Shown here in pieces: positions 18,484 to 30,010 of a stretch of DNA of 63,028 bases. The stretch covers positions 1 to 63,028 of the forward strand of contig JAZDNC010000049.1 in the NCBI GenBank assembly GCA_043800335.1, in the 5' to 3' direction. The notes below the pieces were generated by a model. That model was not told the DNA's origin. It saw only the letters and a list, made by a program, of their open reading frames with translations, and searched no databases. The position numbers and the translations under genes are program-made. This DNA comes from Chloroflexota bacterium (GTDB lineage: Bacteria; Chloroflexota; Dehalococcoidia; Dehalococcoidales; JAZDNC01). Within the stretch, counting starts at the first letter, position 1. Each line of letters starts with the position of its first letter.

Positions 18484-18822
18484 ATGGAAGTTAGAGCAAC
18501 TGCCAAAAACATAAGTATCTCACCACGCAAGGTGAATCTGGTGCTGCGCCTTATCCGGGGCAAAAGGGTGGAGGAGGCATTAAACCTTCTGAGATTCACG
18601 CCGACACCGACCGCAAAGGCGGTCGCCAAGGTGGTGAAGTCGGCGGCAGCCAATGCCGAGAACAACTACCAGCTCTCGCCCTCGGCGCTTAAGATTGTCC
18701 GGGCGTTCGGGGATAAGGGAGTAACACTGAAGAGGTTCCGGCCGCGCTCAAGGGGACAGACGAGTCCCCTGCTCAAGCGGCATACCCATATTACGGTTAT
18801 TGTTTCCGGCGAGGAGGGCTAA
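18484..18822 (+). CDS. rplV: 50S ribosomal protein L22
   Basis: ISPRKVNLVLRLIRGK. Confidence 0.93.
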   Translation: MEVRATAKNISISPRKVNLVLRLIRGKRVEEALNLLRFTPTPTAKAVAKVVKSAAANAENNYQLSPSALKIVRAFGDKGVTLKRFRPRSRGQTSPLLKRHTHITVIVSGEEG

Positions 18823-19616
18823 TGGGACGTAAGGTTCATCCTTTTGGCTATAGAATCGGCGTTATCCGTGACTGGCAGGCGAAGTGGTACGCCGACAGGG
18901 ACTACTCCGAGCTGTTACAGCAGGACATAAAGCTCAGGCGTAGCATCAGGGAGAAGTACCCCGAAGCCGGTATCTCCGCCGTTGAGATTGAACGACAGGC
19001 AAACAAGGTGCAGGTGACGGTGCACACGGCGCGTCCCGGTGTCGTCATCGGGCGGGGGGGACAGCGGGTTGACGAGATGCGACAGCATCTTGAGGGTCTT
19101 CTTAACCGGAAGATTCAGCTCAACATCCAGGAGATTCACCAGCCTGAGCTTGACGCCTACCTGGTAGCGCGTGCCATCGCCGAACAGATTGAGCGCCGGG
19201 TTGCCTACCGGCGGGCGATGAAGCAGGCTATGTTCCGCACCCTTCAGTCGGGTGCCAAGGGGATACGCGTCAGGTGTGCCGGAAGGCTGGCGGGAGCGGA
19301 AATCGCCCGGCGCCAGCTCATGCACGAGGGAAGAGTCCCCCTCCAGACCCTGAGGGCGGATATTGATTATGGATTTACCGAGGCACACACCATCATGGGG
19401 CGCATCGGGATAAAGGTGTGGATTTATAAGGGAGATATACTGCCCGAGTCCAAGCTGGCGGAGATGGCTGAGGTAACCTCCCAGCCACTGCCGGCAGTGG
19501 TCGCTGCCACCACAGAGACTAAAGCCGAGGCAGCCCCCGCAGCTACGGCTCTCGCCGCCCAGGCGTCAACCTTAACCGGGAAAGAGGCTAGCGATGCTAC
19601 AACCCAGCCGGGTTAA
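18822..19616 (+). CDS. rpsC: 30S ribosomal protein S3 (Ala-rich C-terminal tail)
   Basis: [15 protein letters not shown]-domain GRGG. Confidence 0.95.
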   Translation: MGRKVHPFGYRIGVIRDWQAKWYADRDYSELLQQDIKLRRSIREKYPEAGISAVEIERQANKVQVTVHTARPGVVIGRGGQRVDEMRQHLEGLLNRKIQLNIQEIHQPELDAYLVARAIAEQIERRVAYRRAMKQAMFRTLQSGAKGIRVRCAGRLAGAEIARRQLMHEGRVPLQTLRADIDYGFTEAHTIMGRIGIKVWIYKGDILPESKLAEMAEVTSQPLPAVVAATTETKAEAAPAATALAAQASTLTGKEASDATTQPG

Positions 19617-20040
19617 ATACCGTAAGGTAATGAAAGGGAACATCAAGGGCAAAGCCCACGACGGCACCAGTGTGGTTTTTGGCGACTTTGCGCTCCAGGC
19701 GCTCGAGCCAGCCCGGCTCACCGCCAGACAGATTGAGGCAGCGCGAAGGGCTATGACCCGCTACGTCCGCCGCGGGGGCAAGGTCTGGATAAGGGTCTTC
19801 CCGGACAAGCCGGTGACCAAGAAACCCGCCGAGACCCACATGGGTGGCGGCAAAGGTTCGCCCGACCACTGGGTGGCGGTGGTCAAGGCCTACCGGATTC
19901 TATTTGAGATGGGTGATGTCACCGAGGATGTTGCCAGGGAAGCCATGAGGCTGGCGGCACACAAGTTACCCATCCAGACCAGATTCATGGTCAAGGGAGA
20001 GGTGCCTCGAGTTGGCATGAAAAGCGAGGCTGAGCGATGA
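19594..20040 (+). CDS. rplP: 50S ribosomal protein L16
   Basis: [15 protein letters not shown]. Confidence 0.95.
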   Translation: MLQPSRVKYRKVMKGNIKGKAHDGTSVVFGDFALQALEPARLTARQIEAARRAMTRYVRRGGKVWIRVFPDKPVTKKPAETHMGGGKGSPDHWVAVVKAYRILFEMGDVTEDVAREAMRLAAHKLPIQTRFMVKGEVPRVGMKSEAER

Positions 20041-20243
20041 GCACCAAGAAGATTACCGAGATGCGTGCCCTGAGCTTGGAAGCGATGAGGAAGGAACTCG
20101 CCAAGTCCCACGAAGAGCTCCTGAACTTACGCTTCCGCCTGGCGACAAGACAGCTGGTGAACCACCGGGAAATACCAAATGCCAAGAAGCGGATTGCCCG
20201 GCTTAACACCCTGATTAAGGAAAAGGAACTGGGGATACGTTAG
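20037..20243 (+). CDS. rpmC: 50S ribosomal protein L29
   Basis: [12 protein letters not shown]; operon position. Confidence 0.92.
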   Translation: MSTKKITEMRALSLEAMRKELAKSHEELLNLRFRLATRQLVNHREIPNAKKRIARLNTLIKEKELGIR

Positions 20244-20246
20244 AAG

Positions 20247-20528
20247 ATGAACAGCAAACATAAGACGTTACTCGGCAGTGTTGCCACCAAGAAGATGGAT
20301 AAGACGGTGGTGGTGGCGGTGCAAAGGCTCCGCCACGCCCCGCTTTATCGGAAGCTCATACGCGAGGTGGTAAAGTTCAAAGCCCATGATGAGAAGAACG
20401 AATGTGCCCCGGGTGACAAAGTAAGAATCATGGAGACCCGTCCCCTGTCAAAGGAAAAACACTGGAAGGTCATCGAGATAGTCGTGAGGGGTAAGGTGGC
20501 AGAGATTAAACCCGAGGAAATCAAATGA
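20247..20528 (+). CDS. rpsQ: 30S ribosomal protein S17
   Basis: [10 protein letters not shown]...KFKAHDE...GD.V.I.ETRPLSK.K.W. Confidence 0.93.
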   Translation: MNSKHKTLLGSVATKKMDKTVVVAVQRLRHAPLYRKLIREVVKFKAHDEKNECAPGDKVRIMETRPLSKEKHWKVIEIVVRGKVAEIKPEEIK

Positions 20529-20893
20529 TACAGCAGTATACCAGGCTCAAGGTTGCGGATAACTCCGGTGCCCGCCAGGTCTCGTGTATTAATGTCCTAG
20601 GCGGGTCAGGGAGGCGCTTCGCCGCGGTGGGCGATGTCATTGTCGCCTCGGTGAAGAGGGCGATTCCCGGTGGTGGCTCCAAGAAAGGGGATGTGGTAAG
20701 GGCGGTGGTGGTGCGCTGCACCCAGCCCTACAAGCGCCCCGATGGTTCAACCATCCGCTTTGACGATAACGCCGTGGTCATTCTGAATGACCGTAACAAC
20801 CCCAAAGGGACACGCATTTTCGGACCGGTAGGCCGGGAGCTCAGGGAGAAGCAGTTCACCAAGATTATCTCCCTTGCCCCCGAGGTTCTGTGA
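20525..20893 (+). CDS. rplN: 50S ribosomal protein L14
   Basis: [17 protein letters not shown]. Confidence 0.95.
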   Translation: MIQQYTRLKVADNSGARQVSCINVLGGSGRRFAAVGDVIVASVKRAIPGGGSKKGDVVRAVVVRCTQPYKRPDGSTIRFDDNAVVILNDRNNPKGTRIFGPVGRELREKQFTKIISLAPEVL

Positions 20894-20901
20894 GGTAACA
20901 G

Positions 20902-21213
20902 GTGAAGATAAAAAAAGACGACACGGTGCTCATCATCGCCGGTAAGGACAGGGGCAAGAAGGGGAAGGTGCGTTTTGCCTACCCCCGGGATGACCGGGTT
21001 CTGGTGGAAGGGATAAACCTGATTAAAAAGAACATGAAGCAGGTGAGCGAACAGCAGCCGGGCGGTATCATCTCCCGTGAGGCGCCCATCGCCGCCGCCA
21101 ACGTCATGCTGCTTTGCTCAAAGTGCAATCACCCGGCGCGCATCGGCTTCCGCACCCTTAAAGACGGGAGGAAGGTTCGCTTCTGCCGTGTCTGTAATGA
21201 GGTTATTGACTGA
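20902..21213 (+). CDS. rplX: 50S ribosomal protein L24
   Basis: [20 protein letters not shown] (KOW motif). Confidence 0.93.
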   Translation: MKIKKDDTVLIIAGKDRGKKGKVRFAYPRDDRVLVEGINLIKKNMKQVSEQQPGGIISREAPIAAANVMLLCSKCNHPARIGFRTLKDGRKVRFCRVCNEVID

Positions 21214-21755
21214 TGCCACGCTTAAAAGAGAAGTATCAAAAAGAGGTTGTGCCGGCGCTGATGAAGTCCTTCAGCTACCGTAACCCGATGCAGGTGCCGA
21301 AGCTGGAGAAGATAGTGCTTAACATTGGCTGTGGCGAGGCTATCACCAACGCCAAAGCCCTGGAGGCGGCGCAGCGGGACCTGTCAAGCATCTCCGGACA
21401 GCACCCTGTGGTCACCCGCGCCAAGCGCTCCATCGCCGCCTTCAAGATTAGGAAAGGACTTGCCATCGGTCTCAAGGTGACGCTCCGGGGCGGACGGATG
21501 TACGACTTTTTCGACCGGCTGGTAAACATCACGCTACCGCGCATCAGGGAATTCCAGGGGGTGAGCAAGGACTCCTTTGACGGTATGGGCAACTACTCAC
21601 TGGGGTTCAAGGAGCAGACGGCGTTTCCGGAGATAGAATACGACAAGATAGACAAGGTTCGTGGTCTGGAGATATCGGTGATTACCACCGCCAAAACGGA
21701 TGAGGAAGGTAGAAAGCTCCTGGAGCTTTTAGGTATGCCTTTCAGTAAGGAATAG
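21213..21755 (+). CDS. rplE: 50S ribosomal protein L5
   Basis: [23 protein letters not shown]. Confidence 0.95.
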   Translation: MPRLKEKYQKEVVPALMKSFSYRNPMQVPKLEKIVLNIGCGEAITNAKALEAAQRDLSSISGQHPVVTRAKRSIAAFKIRKGLAIGLKVTLRGGRMYDFFDRLVNITLPRIREFQGVSKDSFDGMGNYSLGFKEQTAFPEIEYDKIDKVRGLEISVITTAKTDEEGRKLLELLGMPFSKE

Positions 21756-21757
21756 AG

Positions 21758-21943
21758 ATGGCAAAGCTGTCTAAGGTTCTGAAAGCCGCACGTCCGGCGA
21801 AGTTTAAGGTCCAGCAGCACAACCGCTGCAGCCTCTGTGGTCGCCCCCGCGCCTATATGCGTAAGTTCGGGGTGTGCCGCATCTGTTTTAGGCGGCTGGC
21901 GCTGGTCGGGCAGGTTCCCGGAGTCAGGAAATCAAGCTGGTAG
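21758..21943 (+). CDS. rpsN: 30S ribosomal protein S14, type Z (zinc-binding)
   Basis: 61 aa. [10 protein letters not shown]...CRICFR. Confidence 0.93.
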   Translation: MAKLSKVLKAARPAKFKVQQHNRCSLCGRPRAYMRKFGVCRICFRRLALVGQVPGVRKSSW

Positions 21944-21971
21944 TTGCCAGGACTGTGCAGAGGGGGTAAAA

Positions 21972-22370
21972 GTGGCAGTTAATGACCCGATAGCCGATAT
22001 GCTTAATCGAATACGTAATGCCGTCATGCTCAGGCGTGAGTCGGTCGTAATCCCGTCGTCGGCACCGAAGATGGCAATCGCCAGGGTGCTCAAGTCCGAG
22101 GGCTTTATCGCCGATTACCAGCTGGTCAAGGGCAAAGTCCAGGGGGATATAAAAATCTCCCTCAAGTACTACGATAAGAAAACCCCGGTCATCAGCGGCA
22201 TGGAGCGGGTGAGCAAACCGGGGCTCCGGGTCTATTTACAGAAACAGGAAATCCCGCGCCTCTACGGTGGACTGGGAGTGGCTATCATTTCAACCAATAA
22301 GGGCGTTATGACGGGGAAAGAGGCGTGGCGGGACGGGCTGGGGGGCGAGTTCCTGTGCTCTGTCTGGTAG
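21972..22370 (+). CDS. rpsH: 30S ribosomal protein S8
   Basis: GTG 21972 after an [22 protein letters not shown]. The track's longer N-terminus overlaps rpsN. Confidence 0.93.
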   Translation: MAVNDPIADMLNRIRNAVMLRRESVVIPSSAPKMAIARVLKSEGFIADYQLVKGKVQGDIKISLKYYDKKTPVISGMERVSKPGLRVYLQKQEIPRLYGGLGVAIISTNKGVMTGKEAWRDGLGGEFLCSVW

Positions 22371-22379
22371 GGAGTAAAT

Positions 22380-22934
22380 ATGTCTAGAATTGGCAAGCTA
22401 CCGATAACAATACCCGCCGGGGTAAAGGTTGAGGTCAAGGGGAGTGAGGTGAGCGTCGAGGGCGCCAAGGGCAAACTCACCCGCCGCTTCCACCCCAACA
22501 TGACTATCACCCTTAAAGAAGGCAAACTGACCGTCTCGCGTCCGGACGACGGGCGGGAGAACCGCGCCCTCCACGGACTTACCCGTAACCTTCTGGCGAA
22601 CATGGTTACCGGGGTTTCTGCCGGCTTTGAGAAAAGCCTGGAGATTGTTGGCGTTGGCTACCGGGCAGAAAAGTCGGGCGCTAAACTCGTACTCAGGGTT
22701 GGATTCTCACACTCGGTAGAGGTAGTTCCTCCTGCCGGCGTAAGCCTGGATATAGAAGGCGCTAACCGGGTTAAGGTCAAAGGGGCGGACAAGGAAGCGG
22801 TGGGACAGGTAGCGGCGAATCTGAGGGCTATCCGTCCCCCCGATGCCTACAAGGGTAAGGGAATAAGATATGCCGGAGAGGTAGTCAAAATCAAACCGGG
22901 CAAGACAGCTAAAGCGGTGGGGAGTAAACAGTAA
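22380..22934 (+). CDS. rplF: 50S ribosomal protein L6
   Basis: [14 protein letters not shown]. Confidence 0.95.
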   Translation: MSRIGKLPITIPAGVKVEVKGSEVSVEGAKGKLTRRFHPNMTITLKEGKLTVSRPDDGRENRALHGLTRNLLANMVTGVSAGFEKSLEIVGVGYRAEKSGAKLVLRVGFSHSVEVVPPAGVSLDIEGANRVKVKGADKEAVGQVAANLRAIRPPDAYKGKGIRYAGEVVKIKPGKTAKAVGSKQ

Positions 22935-23299
22935 TGGCTAAGCTGACAACGAGACAGGCGCGTGAGAAAAGACACCTCAGAGTGAGGCTCAAGGTCTCGG
23001 GGACCGGCGAAAGGCCCAGGTTATCGGTTTTCCGCAGCCTGAACCACATCTACGCCCAGATTATCAATGACAACGAGGCTAAGACACTGGTTGCGGCATC
23101 TACCCTGGACGGGGAGATAAAAGAGTCGCTCAAGGACAAGAAAAAGACCGATGAAGCCAAGCTGGTGGGTAAGCTTCTCGCAGAGAGAGCCAAGGCGCAA
23201 AAGATTAGCCAGGTCGTTTTCGACCGCGGTGGCTATAAATACCACGGCAGGGTGAAAGCCCTGGCGGACGGTGCCCGCGAGGCCGGACTTAAATTCTAG
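22934..23299 (+). CDS. rplR: 50S ribosomal protein L18
   Basis: [33 protein letters not shown]. Confidence 0.95.
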   Translation: MAKLTTRQAREKRHLRVRLKVSGTGERPRLSVFRSLNHIYAQIINDNEAKTLVAASTLDGEIKESLKDKKKTDEAKLVGKLLAERAKAQKISQVVFDRGGYKYHGRVKALADGAREAGLKF

Positions 23300-23309
23300 G
23301 AGTATTTGA

Positions 23310-23846
23310 GTGATGGAAAAGGCGAAGAAGATAGACCCGACGGAGCTTACCCTTACCGATAAGCTTATCTACATTAACCGGGTAGCCAAGGTAGTCAAAG
23401 GGGGGAAACGGCTCAGTTTCAGTGCCCTGGTCGTTACCGGCGACGGTAACGGCTACGTCGGCATTGGCGTGGGTAAGGCGAACGAGGTGCCCGAAGCGAT
23501 AAACAAGGCGGGCAACGCGGCGCGCAAAGAGCTGGTGCATGTCCCTCTGGTGGGGAACACTATCGCCCATGAGATGAAGGTGAAGTTTGGAGCCGCCGAG
23601 GTCCTCTTGAAGCCGGCGGGACCCGGCACCGGAGTCATCGCCGGGAGCAGTGTCCGGGCGGTGCTTGAGGCGGCGGGGATTAAGGACGTACTGAGCAAAT
23701 CAATGGGTAGTTCCAACCGGGTTAATGTCGCCAAGGCGACCCTGCTCGCCCTGAGTCGGCTCAGAAATCCGGAAGAAGAGGTGAGCCGGCGGAAAGCCGC
23801 CCCTCAAGCTAAGGAGCCAGTCCAGAAGGGGGGACAGGGTGGCTAG
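23310..23846 (+). CDS. rpsE: 30S ribosomal protein S5
   Basis: [28 protein letters not shown]. Alternative start at ATG 23313. Confidence 0.94.
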   Translation: MMEKAKKIDPTELTLTDKLIYINRVAKVVKGGKRLSFSALVVTGDGNGYVGIGVGKANEVPEAINKAGNAARKELVHVPLVGNTIAHEMKVKFGAAEVLLKPAGPGTGVIAGSSVRAVLEAAGIKDVLSKSMGSSNRVNVAKATLLALSRLRNPEEEVSRRKAAPQAKEPVQKGGQGG

Positions 23847-24033
23847 GCTACGCATTACCTTAATCAGAAGTGGCATCGGTAACCCCCTTGACCAGAAGCG
23901 CACCTTGAGAGCCCTGGGCTTCAAGCGCCTTAACCAGAGCGTAAGCCATGAAGACTCCTATGCGGTGCGCGGCATGATTATGAAAGTGAGACACCTTGTC
24001 AAGGTGGAGGTGGAGAATGGTAAGGCTAGATGA
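23839..24033 (+). CDS. rpmD: 50S ribosomal protein L30
   Basis: [11 protein letters not shown]....QKRTLRALG. Confidence 0.9.
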   Translation: MARLRITLIRSGIGNPLDQKRTLRALGFKRLNQSVSHEDSYAVRGMIMKVRHLVKVEVENGKAR

Positions 24034-24487
24034 ACTCGCCCCGGCGCCGGGGTCAAAAAAAGAGCGCAAAATCGTGGGGCGGGGTAACGGCAGCGGGCAC
24101 GGTGGCCGCGCGGGAAGGGGCGACAAGGGTCAGAAAGCCCGCTCGGGCATGACCAGGCGCCCGGCTTTCGAGGGGGGTGGGGTTATGCCATCACTCCTCA
24201 GGTTGCCCCACAAACGTGGCTTCACCAACATCTTTCGCCAAGCCTACTCTCCGGTCAACGTCGGCGACCTCAATGTCTTCGCCGACGGTGGTGAGGTCAC
24301 TCCGGAGAAGCTCATCAAGATGAAACTCGTCAGCTCACCGGATATGCCGGTTAAGATTCTGGGAAGCGGTGACTTGAAGCGCCGTCTCAGCGTGAAAGCG
24401 AATGCCTTTTCGGCCCGGGCGAAAGCCCAAATTGAGTCCGCCGGGGGCAGTGTAGAGGTGATTGGTCATGCCTCAGAAACCGACTAG
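24017..24487 (+). CDS. rplO: 50S ribosomal protein L15
   Basis: ATG 24017. [24 protein letters not shown]. Confidence 0.93.
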   Translation: MVRLDELAPAPGSKKERKIVGRGNGSGHGGRAGRGDKGQKARSGMTRRPAFEGGGVMPSLLRLPHKRGFTNIFRQAYSPVNVGDLNVFADGGEVTPEKLIKMKLVSSPDMPVKILGSGDLKRRLSVKANAFSARAKAQIESAGGSVEVIGHASETD

Positions 24488-25796
24488 GCCCCGGCTCTTC
24501 CAGGCCATGCTCGACGCCCTGAGCCTAGCCGACCTCAGGCAGAAGATACTGCTAACCTTTGCTATTCTTGCTGTCTTCCGCTTCGTCGCCCATGTGCCCG
24601 TGGTTGGGGTGGACGTCGCCGCGCTTAGGCAGCTCTTCCAGCGTAACGCCGTCCTAGGTATGCTTGACCTTTTCTCAGGCGGTGCCATGCGCAACTTCAG
24701 TGTTGTCGCCATGGGCATCTACCCTTATATCACCGCTACCATCGTATTACAGCTCCTGGTACCCGTTTTCCCGCGTCTCCAGGCAATCAGCGAGGAGGGT
24801 GAGGCGGGACGGAACAAATTAAACATGTTCACCTACTGGCTCACCATCCCTCTGTGTGGACTTTCCGGCTACGGACAGCTCCTCATCATGCAGCGGTCAG
24901 ACCCACCGGTGGTGGCTACCACCGAGCTGTTACAGACGATAGTCATCGTGCTTTCCATCATCGCCGGCACGATGTTCCTCATCTGGCTGGGTGAACTAAT
25001 CACGGAGTATGGCATCGGCAACGGTATTTCAATCATCATTTTCGCCGGCATCGTGACCGGCATGCCCGAGATGATTGGACAGGGCATTCTCGCCCAGCAG
25101 CAGGGACAGCTCTTCGGCGTCATTATCTATGCGGTGATTGCCCTGGCGACCACGGTCGCCATCGTTATCTTCACCGAGGCCCACCGGCGCATCCCGGTGC
25201 AGTATGCCAAGAGCATCTTCCGCGGCGGGCGCGTGTACAAGCAGTCCGGCTCGACCCATATTCCTCTCCGGGTGAATACCGCCGGCATGATACCGGTCAT
25301 TTTTGCCTCGTCAATGGTGATGTTCCCCAGCGTGGTCGCCAGCTACTTCGCCCGGGCGCCCGGCCAGCCGGAGAACTTCGCCAACCACATCGTCAACATC
25401 TTTAACTCCGGGGCGGACATGCCGCTGGGGCTGGTCTACTGGAACATCCTCTTCTGGCTCACCATCGGCTTCGCCTTCTTCTACACCTATTTGCTTTTCG
25501 AGCAGCAGAACCTCCCCGGAACCCTGCAGCGCCAGGGTGGCTTTATCCCGGGCATTCGACCGGGCAAGGCGACTGCCGACTATCTGAACGGGGTAATTAA
25601 GCGCATCACCTGGGCGGGAGCCCTCTTCCTGGCGATAGTTACGGTCATGCCGGTTATTGCCAGGGAGCTTACCGGCGTCCAGATAATCCAGCTTTCCAGC
25701 ATGGGGCTTCTGGTCCTGGTCGGAGTGATTTTGGATACCATGAAGCACATTGAGGCACAGCTGGTCATGCGCCGCTACGAGGGCTTCATCAAATAG
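24468..25796 (+). CDS. secY: Preprotein translocase subunit SecY
   Basis: 10-TM protein at the spc-operon position. GMIPVIFASS, GGFIPGIRPG. Confidence 0.95.
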   Translation: MPQKPTRPRLFQAMLDALSLADLRQKILLTFAILAVFRFVAHVPVVGVDVAALRQLFQRNAVLGMLDLFSGGAMRNFSVVAMGIYPYITATIVLQLLVPVFPRLQAISEEGEAGRNKLNMFTYWLTIPLCGLSGYGQLLIMQRSDPPVVATTELLQTIVIVLSIIAGTMFLIWLGELITEYGIGNGISIIIFAGIVTGMPEMIGQGILAQQQGQLFGVIIYAVIALATTVAIVIFTEAHRRIPVQYAKSIFRGGRVYKQSGSTHIPLRVNTAGMIPVIFASSMVMFPSVVASYFARAPGQPENFANHIVNIFNSGADMPLGLVYWNILFWLTIGFAFFYTYLLFEQQNLPGTLQRQGGFIPGIRPGKATADYLNGVIKRITWAGALFLAIVTVMPVIARELTGVQIIQLSSMGLLVLVGVILDTMKHIEAQLVMRRYEGFIK

Positions 25797-25802
25797 GTAA
25801 AT

Positions 25803-26462
25803 ATGTATATTGTTTTACTCGGTGCCCCGGGGGCGGGCAAGGGGACACAGGCAGCGAATCTGGCGAGAAGGCTCGGCGCCGTTCATATCTCTACTGGTGA
25901 CCTCTTTCGCAACAAGGTAAAAGAGGCGACGGAGCTGGGTCTTCTCTTGAAGTCTTACATGGACAAGGGGTTACTCGTCCCGGATGAGATAACCGTAAGA
26001 CTCCTCCTTGAAGAGATTGAGGGGGCTAAGGGGGCTAAGGGGGTGATTTTCGACGGCTTCCCCAGGAATCTGGCCCAGGCCGAGGCACTGGACGAAGCCC
26101 TGAAAGAGCGGGGGAAGAAGGTAGAGCGGGCAATCTATATCAGGGTGTCTTCTGAGGAGCTGGTGAGGCGGCTCAGCGGGCGCTTTATCTGCCGTGCCTG
26201 CCAGGCGCCTTATCAGGTCGAGACCTCACCCCCGAAGGTGAGCGGCAGGTGTGACCGTTGTGGCGGCGAGCTATATCAGCGTGATGATGATGCCCCTGCC
26301 ACAGTAAGAAAGAGACTTGAGGTCTATCTCGCCGAGGCAAGTGCCCTGAACGACTACTACGCTAGGCAGGGTAAACTTGCCGAGGTGAACGGTGAGGGCA
26401 GCCCCGAGGAGATTGGGGAAAGAATCATGGCTGTCCTGGAGACGGTGGGGAAGCGAGGTTAA
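25803..26462 (+). CDS. adk: Adenylate kinase (zinc-lid type)
   Basis: LLGAPGAGKGTQA. Lid CRAC...CDRCG. Confidence 0.95.
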   Translation: MYIVLLGAPGAGKGTQAANLARRLGAVHISTGDLFRNKVKEATELGLLLKSYMDKGLLVPDEITVRLLLEEIEGAKGAKGVIFDGFPRNLAQAEALDEALKERGKKVERAIYIRVSSEELVRRLSGRFICRACQAPYQVETSPPKVSGRCDRCGGELYQRDDDAPATVRKRLEVYLAEASALNDYYARQGKLAEVNGEGSPEEIGERIMAVLETVGKRG

Positions 26463-27214
26463 TGGGCATCGTTATCAAGTCGGAGCGGGAGATTGAGGTC
26501 ATGCGGCAGGCGGGTAGAATTGTCGCTGCGGTTCTTGCTATACTGGCTAAGGAAGTAAAGGTAGGGATGAAGACCAGAGAGCTTGACGTAATCGCCGAAA
26601 GGGAAATCAGGGCAAGGGGCGGTGTGCCCTCGTTCAAGGGCTATCACGGCTTCCCGGCGAGTCTCTGTGTCTCCATAAACGATGAGGTGGTGCACGGCAT
26701 CCCCGGTGATAAGGTGATTAATGAGGGCGATAAGGTCTCCCTTGACTTAGGGGCAATCTATCAGGGGTTTCAGGGTGATGCCGCCGTCACCGTCGTGGTG
26801 GGGAAGGCGGGTGCCGTAGCTAAGGCGCTGGTTCAGGCGACCGAGGGGGCTCTCTATGCCGGGATTGAAGCCGCCAGGGCCGGCGTCCATCTGGGCGATG
26901 TCTCCGCCGCCATCCAGCACCACGCCGAGGCCTGCGGTTTTGCGGTGGTCAGGGAGTACACCGGACACGGCATCGGGCGTAAGATGCACGAAGAACCGCT
27001 CATCCCTAACTTCGGTGAGTCGGGGACGGGGCCCGTGCTCAGGAAGGGGATGGCGCTGGCGCTGGAGCCCATGCTCAACGCCGGTAACTGGCCCACAAGG
27101 GTGGGTAGCGATGGCTGGGTGGTACTTACCGCCGATGGCAGTCTCTCGGCACACTTTGAGCACACCATCGCCATCACCGATGACAGAGCCGAGATTTTGA
27201 CAACTCTGGCGTGA
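26462..27214 (+). CDS. map: Methionine aminopeptidase type I
   Basis: [11 protein letters not shown]...G..GD, YTGHGIG, EPM...G. Confidence 0.94.
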   Translation: MGIVIKSEREIEVMRQAGRIVAAVLAILAKEVKVGMKTRELDVIAEREIRARGGVPSFKGYHGFPASLCVSINDEVVHGIPGDKVINEGDKVSLDLGAIYQGFQGDAAVTVVVGKAGAVAKALVQATEGALYAGIEAARAGVHLGDVSAAIQHHAEACGFAVVREYTGHGIGRKMHEEPLIPNFGESGTGPVLRKGMALALEPMLNAGNWPTRVGSDGWVVLTADGSLSAHFEHTIAITDDRAEILTTLA

Positions 27215-27222
27215 AGGGGGTT

Positions 27223-27441
27223 ATGCCTAAGAAAGAGACAATAGAGGTAGAGGGCACCGTCGTTGAGTCCCTGCCCAACGCCATGTTCCGGGTGGAGCTA
27301 GCTAACGGGCACGCGGTGCTAGCCCACATCTCAGGCAAGATAAGAATGCATTACATTAGAATCTTACCCGGTGACAAGGTCCTAATTGAGCTTTCGCCCT
27401 ATGACCTGAGCCGGGGTAGAATTACCTACAGGTTCTCTTAA
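27223..27441 (+). CDS. infA: Translation initiation factor IF-1
   Basis: [36 protein letters not shown]. Confidence 0.94.
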   Translation: MPKKETIEVEGTVVESLPNAMFRVELANGHAVLAHISGKIRMHYIRILPGDKVLIELSPYDLSRGRITYRFS

Positions 27442-27454
27442 GGAGTTTATTTAG

Positions 27455-27568
27455 ATGAAAGTTAGAGCTTCAGTTAAAACAAGATGTGAGAAGTGCCGCG
27501 TCATCAGACGGCAGGGGGTGGTGCGTATTATCTGCGCTAACCCCAAACACAAACAGCGTCAGGGATAA
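27455..27568 (+). CDS. rpmJ: 50S ribosomal protein L36
   Basis: Not in the ORF track (37 aa). Hand translation: [37 protein letters not shown]. Confidence 0.93.
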   Translation: MKVRASVKTRCEKCRVIRRQGVVRIICANPKHKQRQG

Positions 27569-27582
27569 GGGAGAAAAAAGCC

Positions 27583-27972
27583 ATGGCACGTATTTCCGGG
27601 GTAGATGTTCCGGGGAACAAGCAAGCCTGGGTGTCGCTGCAGTACCTCTACGGTATCGGGTCCACGCTCAGCCAGAAGATTCTGGCGGAGACCAAGATTG
27701 ACCCCAACGCCAAGCTGGATAGCCTCTCCGATGCCGATATCAACCGCATCAGGGAGGTTATCGCCCGCGACTATGTCGTTGAGGGAGACCTGAGAAGGGA
27801 GTCCAGCCTGAATATTAAGCGGCTGGTTGAGATTGGCTCGTATCGCGGGGTAAGGCACCGCAGGAATCTGCCGGTGCACGGACAGCGCACCCGGACCAAC
27901 GCCAGAACCCGCCGTGGTCCCAAGCGGACGGTGGCCGGTCGCGGTCAGCGGCGCGGTGTTGGTAAGAAGTAA
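27583..27972 (+). CDS. rpsM: 30S ribosomal protein S13
   Basis: [28 protein letters not shown]. Confidence 0.95.
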   Translation: MARISGVDVPGNKQAWVSLQYLYGIGSTLSQKILAETKIDPNAKLDSLSDADINRIREVIARDYVVEGDLRRESSLNIKRLVEIGSYRGVRHRRNLPVHGQRTRTNARTRRGPKRTVAGRGQRRGVGKK

Positions 27973-27987
27973 TCAGAGGAGGTAGAG

Positions 27988-28380
27988 ATGGCAAGCGAGA
28001 GGAAGCCCGGCACGAGAAGACGGGAAAAAAGGGTCATCCCTGCGGGGCGGGCTTACATACAGGCCAGTTTCAATAACACCATTGTAACCATCGCCGACCC
28101 CCAGGGGAGCGTCATCGGCTGGGCAAGCTCCGGCACCGCCGGATTCAAGGGCTCGCGCAAGGGCACGCCCTACGCCGCCCAGATGGCGGCACGTGATGCG
28201 GCGCGCAAAGCCATGGAGCAGGGAATGAAGCAGATTGAAATCCTGGTCAGGGGTCCCGGTAGCGGCAGGGAGGCGGCGATTCGCTCCCTCCAGGCAGCGG
28301 GACTGCACATTACCGGTATCAGGGATGTGACGCCGATTCCGCATAACGGCTGTCGTCCCCCCAAGAGGAGGCGTGTCTAG
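27988..28380 (+). CDS. rpsK: 30S ribosomal protein S11
   Basis: [29 protein letters not shown]. Confidence 0.95.
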   Translation: MASERKPGTRRREKRVIPAGRAYIQASFNNTIVTIADPQGSVIGWASSGTAGFKGSRKGTPYAAQMAARDAARKAMEQGMKQIEILVRGPGSGREAAIRSLQAAGLHITGIRDVTPIPHNGCRPPKRRRV

Positions 28381-28382
28381 AG

Positions 28383-29006
28383 ATGGCGAGACATACCACT
28401 GCGGTCTGCCGGCTCTGCCGGCGGAGCGGCGATAAGCTCATACTCAAGGGCACCAAGTGTATCAATAACTGCACCTTTGATAAGCGTTCTCAGCCACCGG
28501 GACCCAGGTCAGCCCGGAGGCGCCGCCTGTCTGACCGGGGGGCACAGCTCAGGGACAAACAGCGGGCACGCTGGACCTACGGGATTATGGAAAGACAGTT
28601 CAGGCGCATCTTTCATGAGGCAGAGAGGCAGGGGGGTGTCACCGGCGATAATCTCATCGCCCTCCTGGAGAGGCGACTGGATAATGTCATCTACCGGCTG
28701 GGCTTCGCCGAATCCCGCGCCCAAGCAAGACAAGTGGTGCGCCACGGACACATTATGCTCAATGGTAAGAAAGACAACATCCCCTCGTCCCTGATTGATG
28801 AGGGAGATACCATCTCCTTCCCTGAGCACAGTAAGAAACTGGAGTCTTACAAGTTGCTGCTTGAGGCGATTAAAAGCAAGCCTGTCCCTAACTGGCTTAG
28901 CCTGGACCGGGAGAACCTGGTGGGCAAGGTTCTCGCCCTGCCCACACCTGAGGATGCCCAGGCCAAGTTTGCGGGGAAGACTATCGTTGAGTACTACTCG
29001 CGGTAG
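28383..29006 (+). CDS. rpsD: 30S ribosomal protein S4
   Basis: CRLCRR.G.KL.LKG.KC, S4 domain [22 protein letters not shown]. Confidence 0.95.
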   Translation: MARHTTAVCRLCRRSGDKLILKGTKCINNCTFDKRSQPPGPRSARRRRLSDRGAQLRDKQRARWTYGIMERQFRRIFHEAERQGGVTGDNLIALLERRLDNVIYRLGFAESRAQARQVVRHGHIMLNGKKDNIPSSLIDEGDTISFPEHSKKLESYKLLLEAIKSKPVPNWLSLDRENLVGKVLALPTPEDAQAKFAGKTIVEYYSR

Positions 29007-29020
29007 AGGAGGAATTCATT

Positions 29021-30007
29021 TTGTCTCATCTCGTCATGCCTAAAGTTACAACTGTTGAAACCCAGGATAACTACGGTCGTTTTGTCGCCGAACCGCTGGA
29101 GAAGGGGTTTGGCGTGACACTGGGTAACGCCTTGAGGCGGGTGCTCCTTGGTTACCTCCCCGGGGCGGCGGTAACCAGAATCAGGATTGAGGGCATCCAG
29201 CACGAGTTCTCGTCAATCCCTCACGTCAAGGAAGACACCATGGAGTTTTTGCTCAATGTCAAGGCGCTGCGACTTAAGCCTGTCTCCGGCCAGCCGGGCA
29301 AGCTGACCCTGGAGGCGAGCGGAGAGGGACGGGTCAGCGCCGCCGACATCAAGCCCTCGGCCGATTTTGAGATTGTCAACCCGGAGCTACACCTCGCCAC
29401 TCTGGATGCCGAAGGGGCAAAGCTCTCCGTTGAGTTTGATGTGGAACTGGGTAAGGGCTACAAAGAGGCGGAGACCGGAGAGAACAACTTCCCCGCCGGC
29501 ACGATTGGCGTTGATGCCGTCTTTACCCCGGTGCACAAGGTCAATTACACCACCGAGTCTGTCTCTATCGGCCGGGAAACCAGCCACGAGCGACTCATCA
29601 TGGAGGTCTGGACCGACGGCACAATCTCGCCGCTGGAAGCCCTGGGGCAGAGTGCAAAGCTCCTTACCGAGCAGCTGGCTCCCTTTGCCGAGCAGCTATT
29701 ACCGGTTCCGGAAAAGGCAGGGGAGATACCCTCACACCCATCAATACCTGACGAGCAGTATAATATGCCCGTTGACCAGCTTGACCTTTCGGTCAGGACA
29801 AGGAACTGTCTCAGGCACGCCGGCATCACCACCGTTGGCGAGATTCTAGAGCGGGGGGAAGATGAGCTGATGACTATCCGCAACTTCGGGCAGAAGTCCC
29901 GGCAGGAGATAATAGACCGCCTGGCCGGACTGGGGCTGACCCTAACCCCTGGCGGTTTGAAAGCCGGGGCGGAACCCGAGAAGGTGGAATCTGAGAAGAA
30001 GGAATGA
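29021..30007 (+). CDS. rpoA: DNA-directed RNA polymerase alpha subunit
   Basis: GNALRRVLL, C-terminal domain LSVRTRNCL...I.TVGEL. Confidence 0.95.
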   Translation: MSHLVMPKVTTVETQDNYGRFVAEPLEKGFGVTLGNALRRVLLGYLPGAAVTRIRIEGIQHEFSSIPHVKEDTMEFLLNVKALRLKPVSGQPGKLTLEASGEGRVSAADIKPSADFEIVNPELHLATLDAEGAKLSVEFDVELGKGYKEAETGENNFPAGTIGVDAVFTPVHKVNYTTESVSIGRETSHERLIMEVWTDGTISPLEALGQSAKLLTEQLAPFAEQLLPVPEKAGEIPSHPSIPDEQYNMPVDQLDLSVRTRNCLRHAGITTVGEILERGEDELMTIRNFGQKSRQEIIDRLAGLGLTLTPGGLKAGAEPEKVESEKKE

Positions 30008-30010
30008 GCA

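Noticed and set aside
21837-21971. Long N-terminal extension of S8 proposed by the track ORF (start 21837)
   Set aside because: It overlaps rpsN in another frame and is Cys/Gly/Ser-rich nonsense. The conserved S8 N-terminus ([14 protein letters not shown]) follows GTG 21972, which has an SD.
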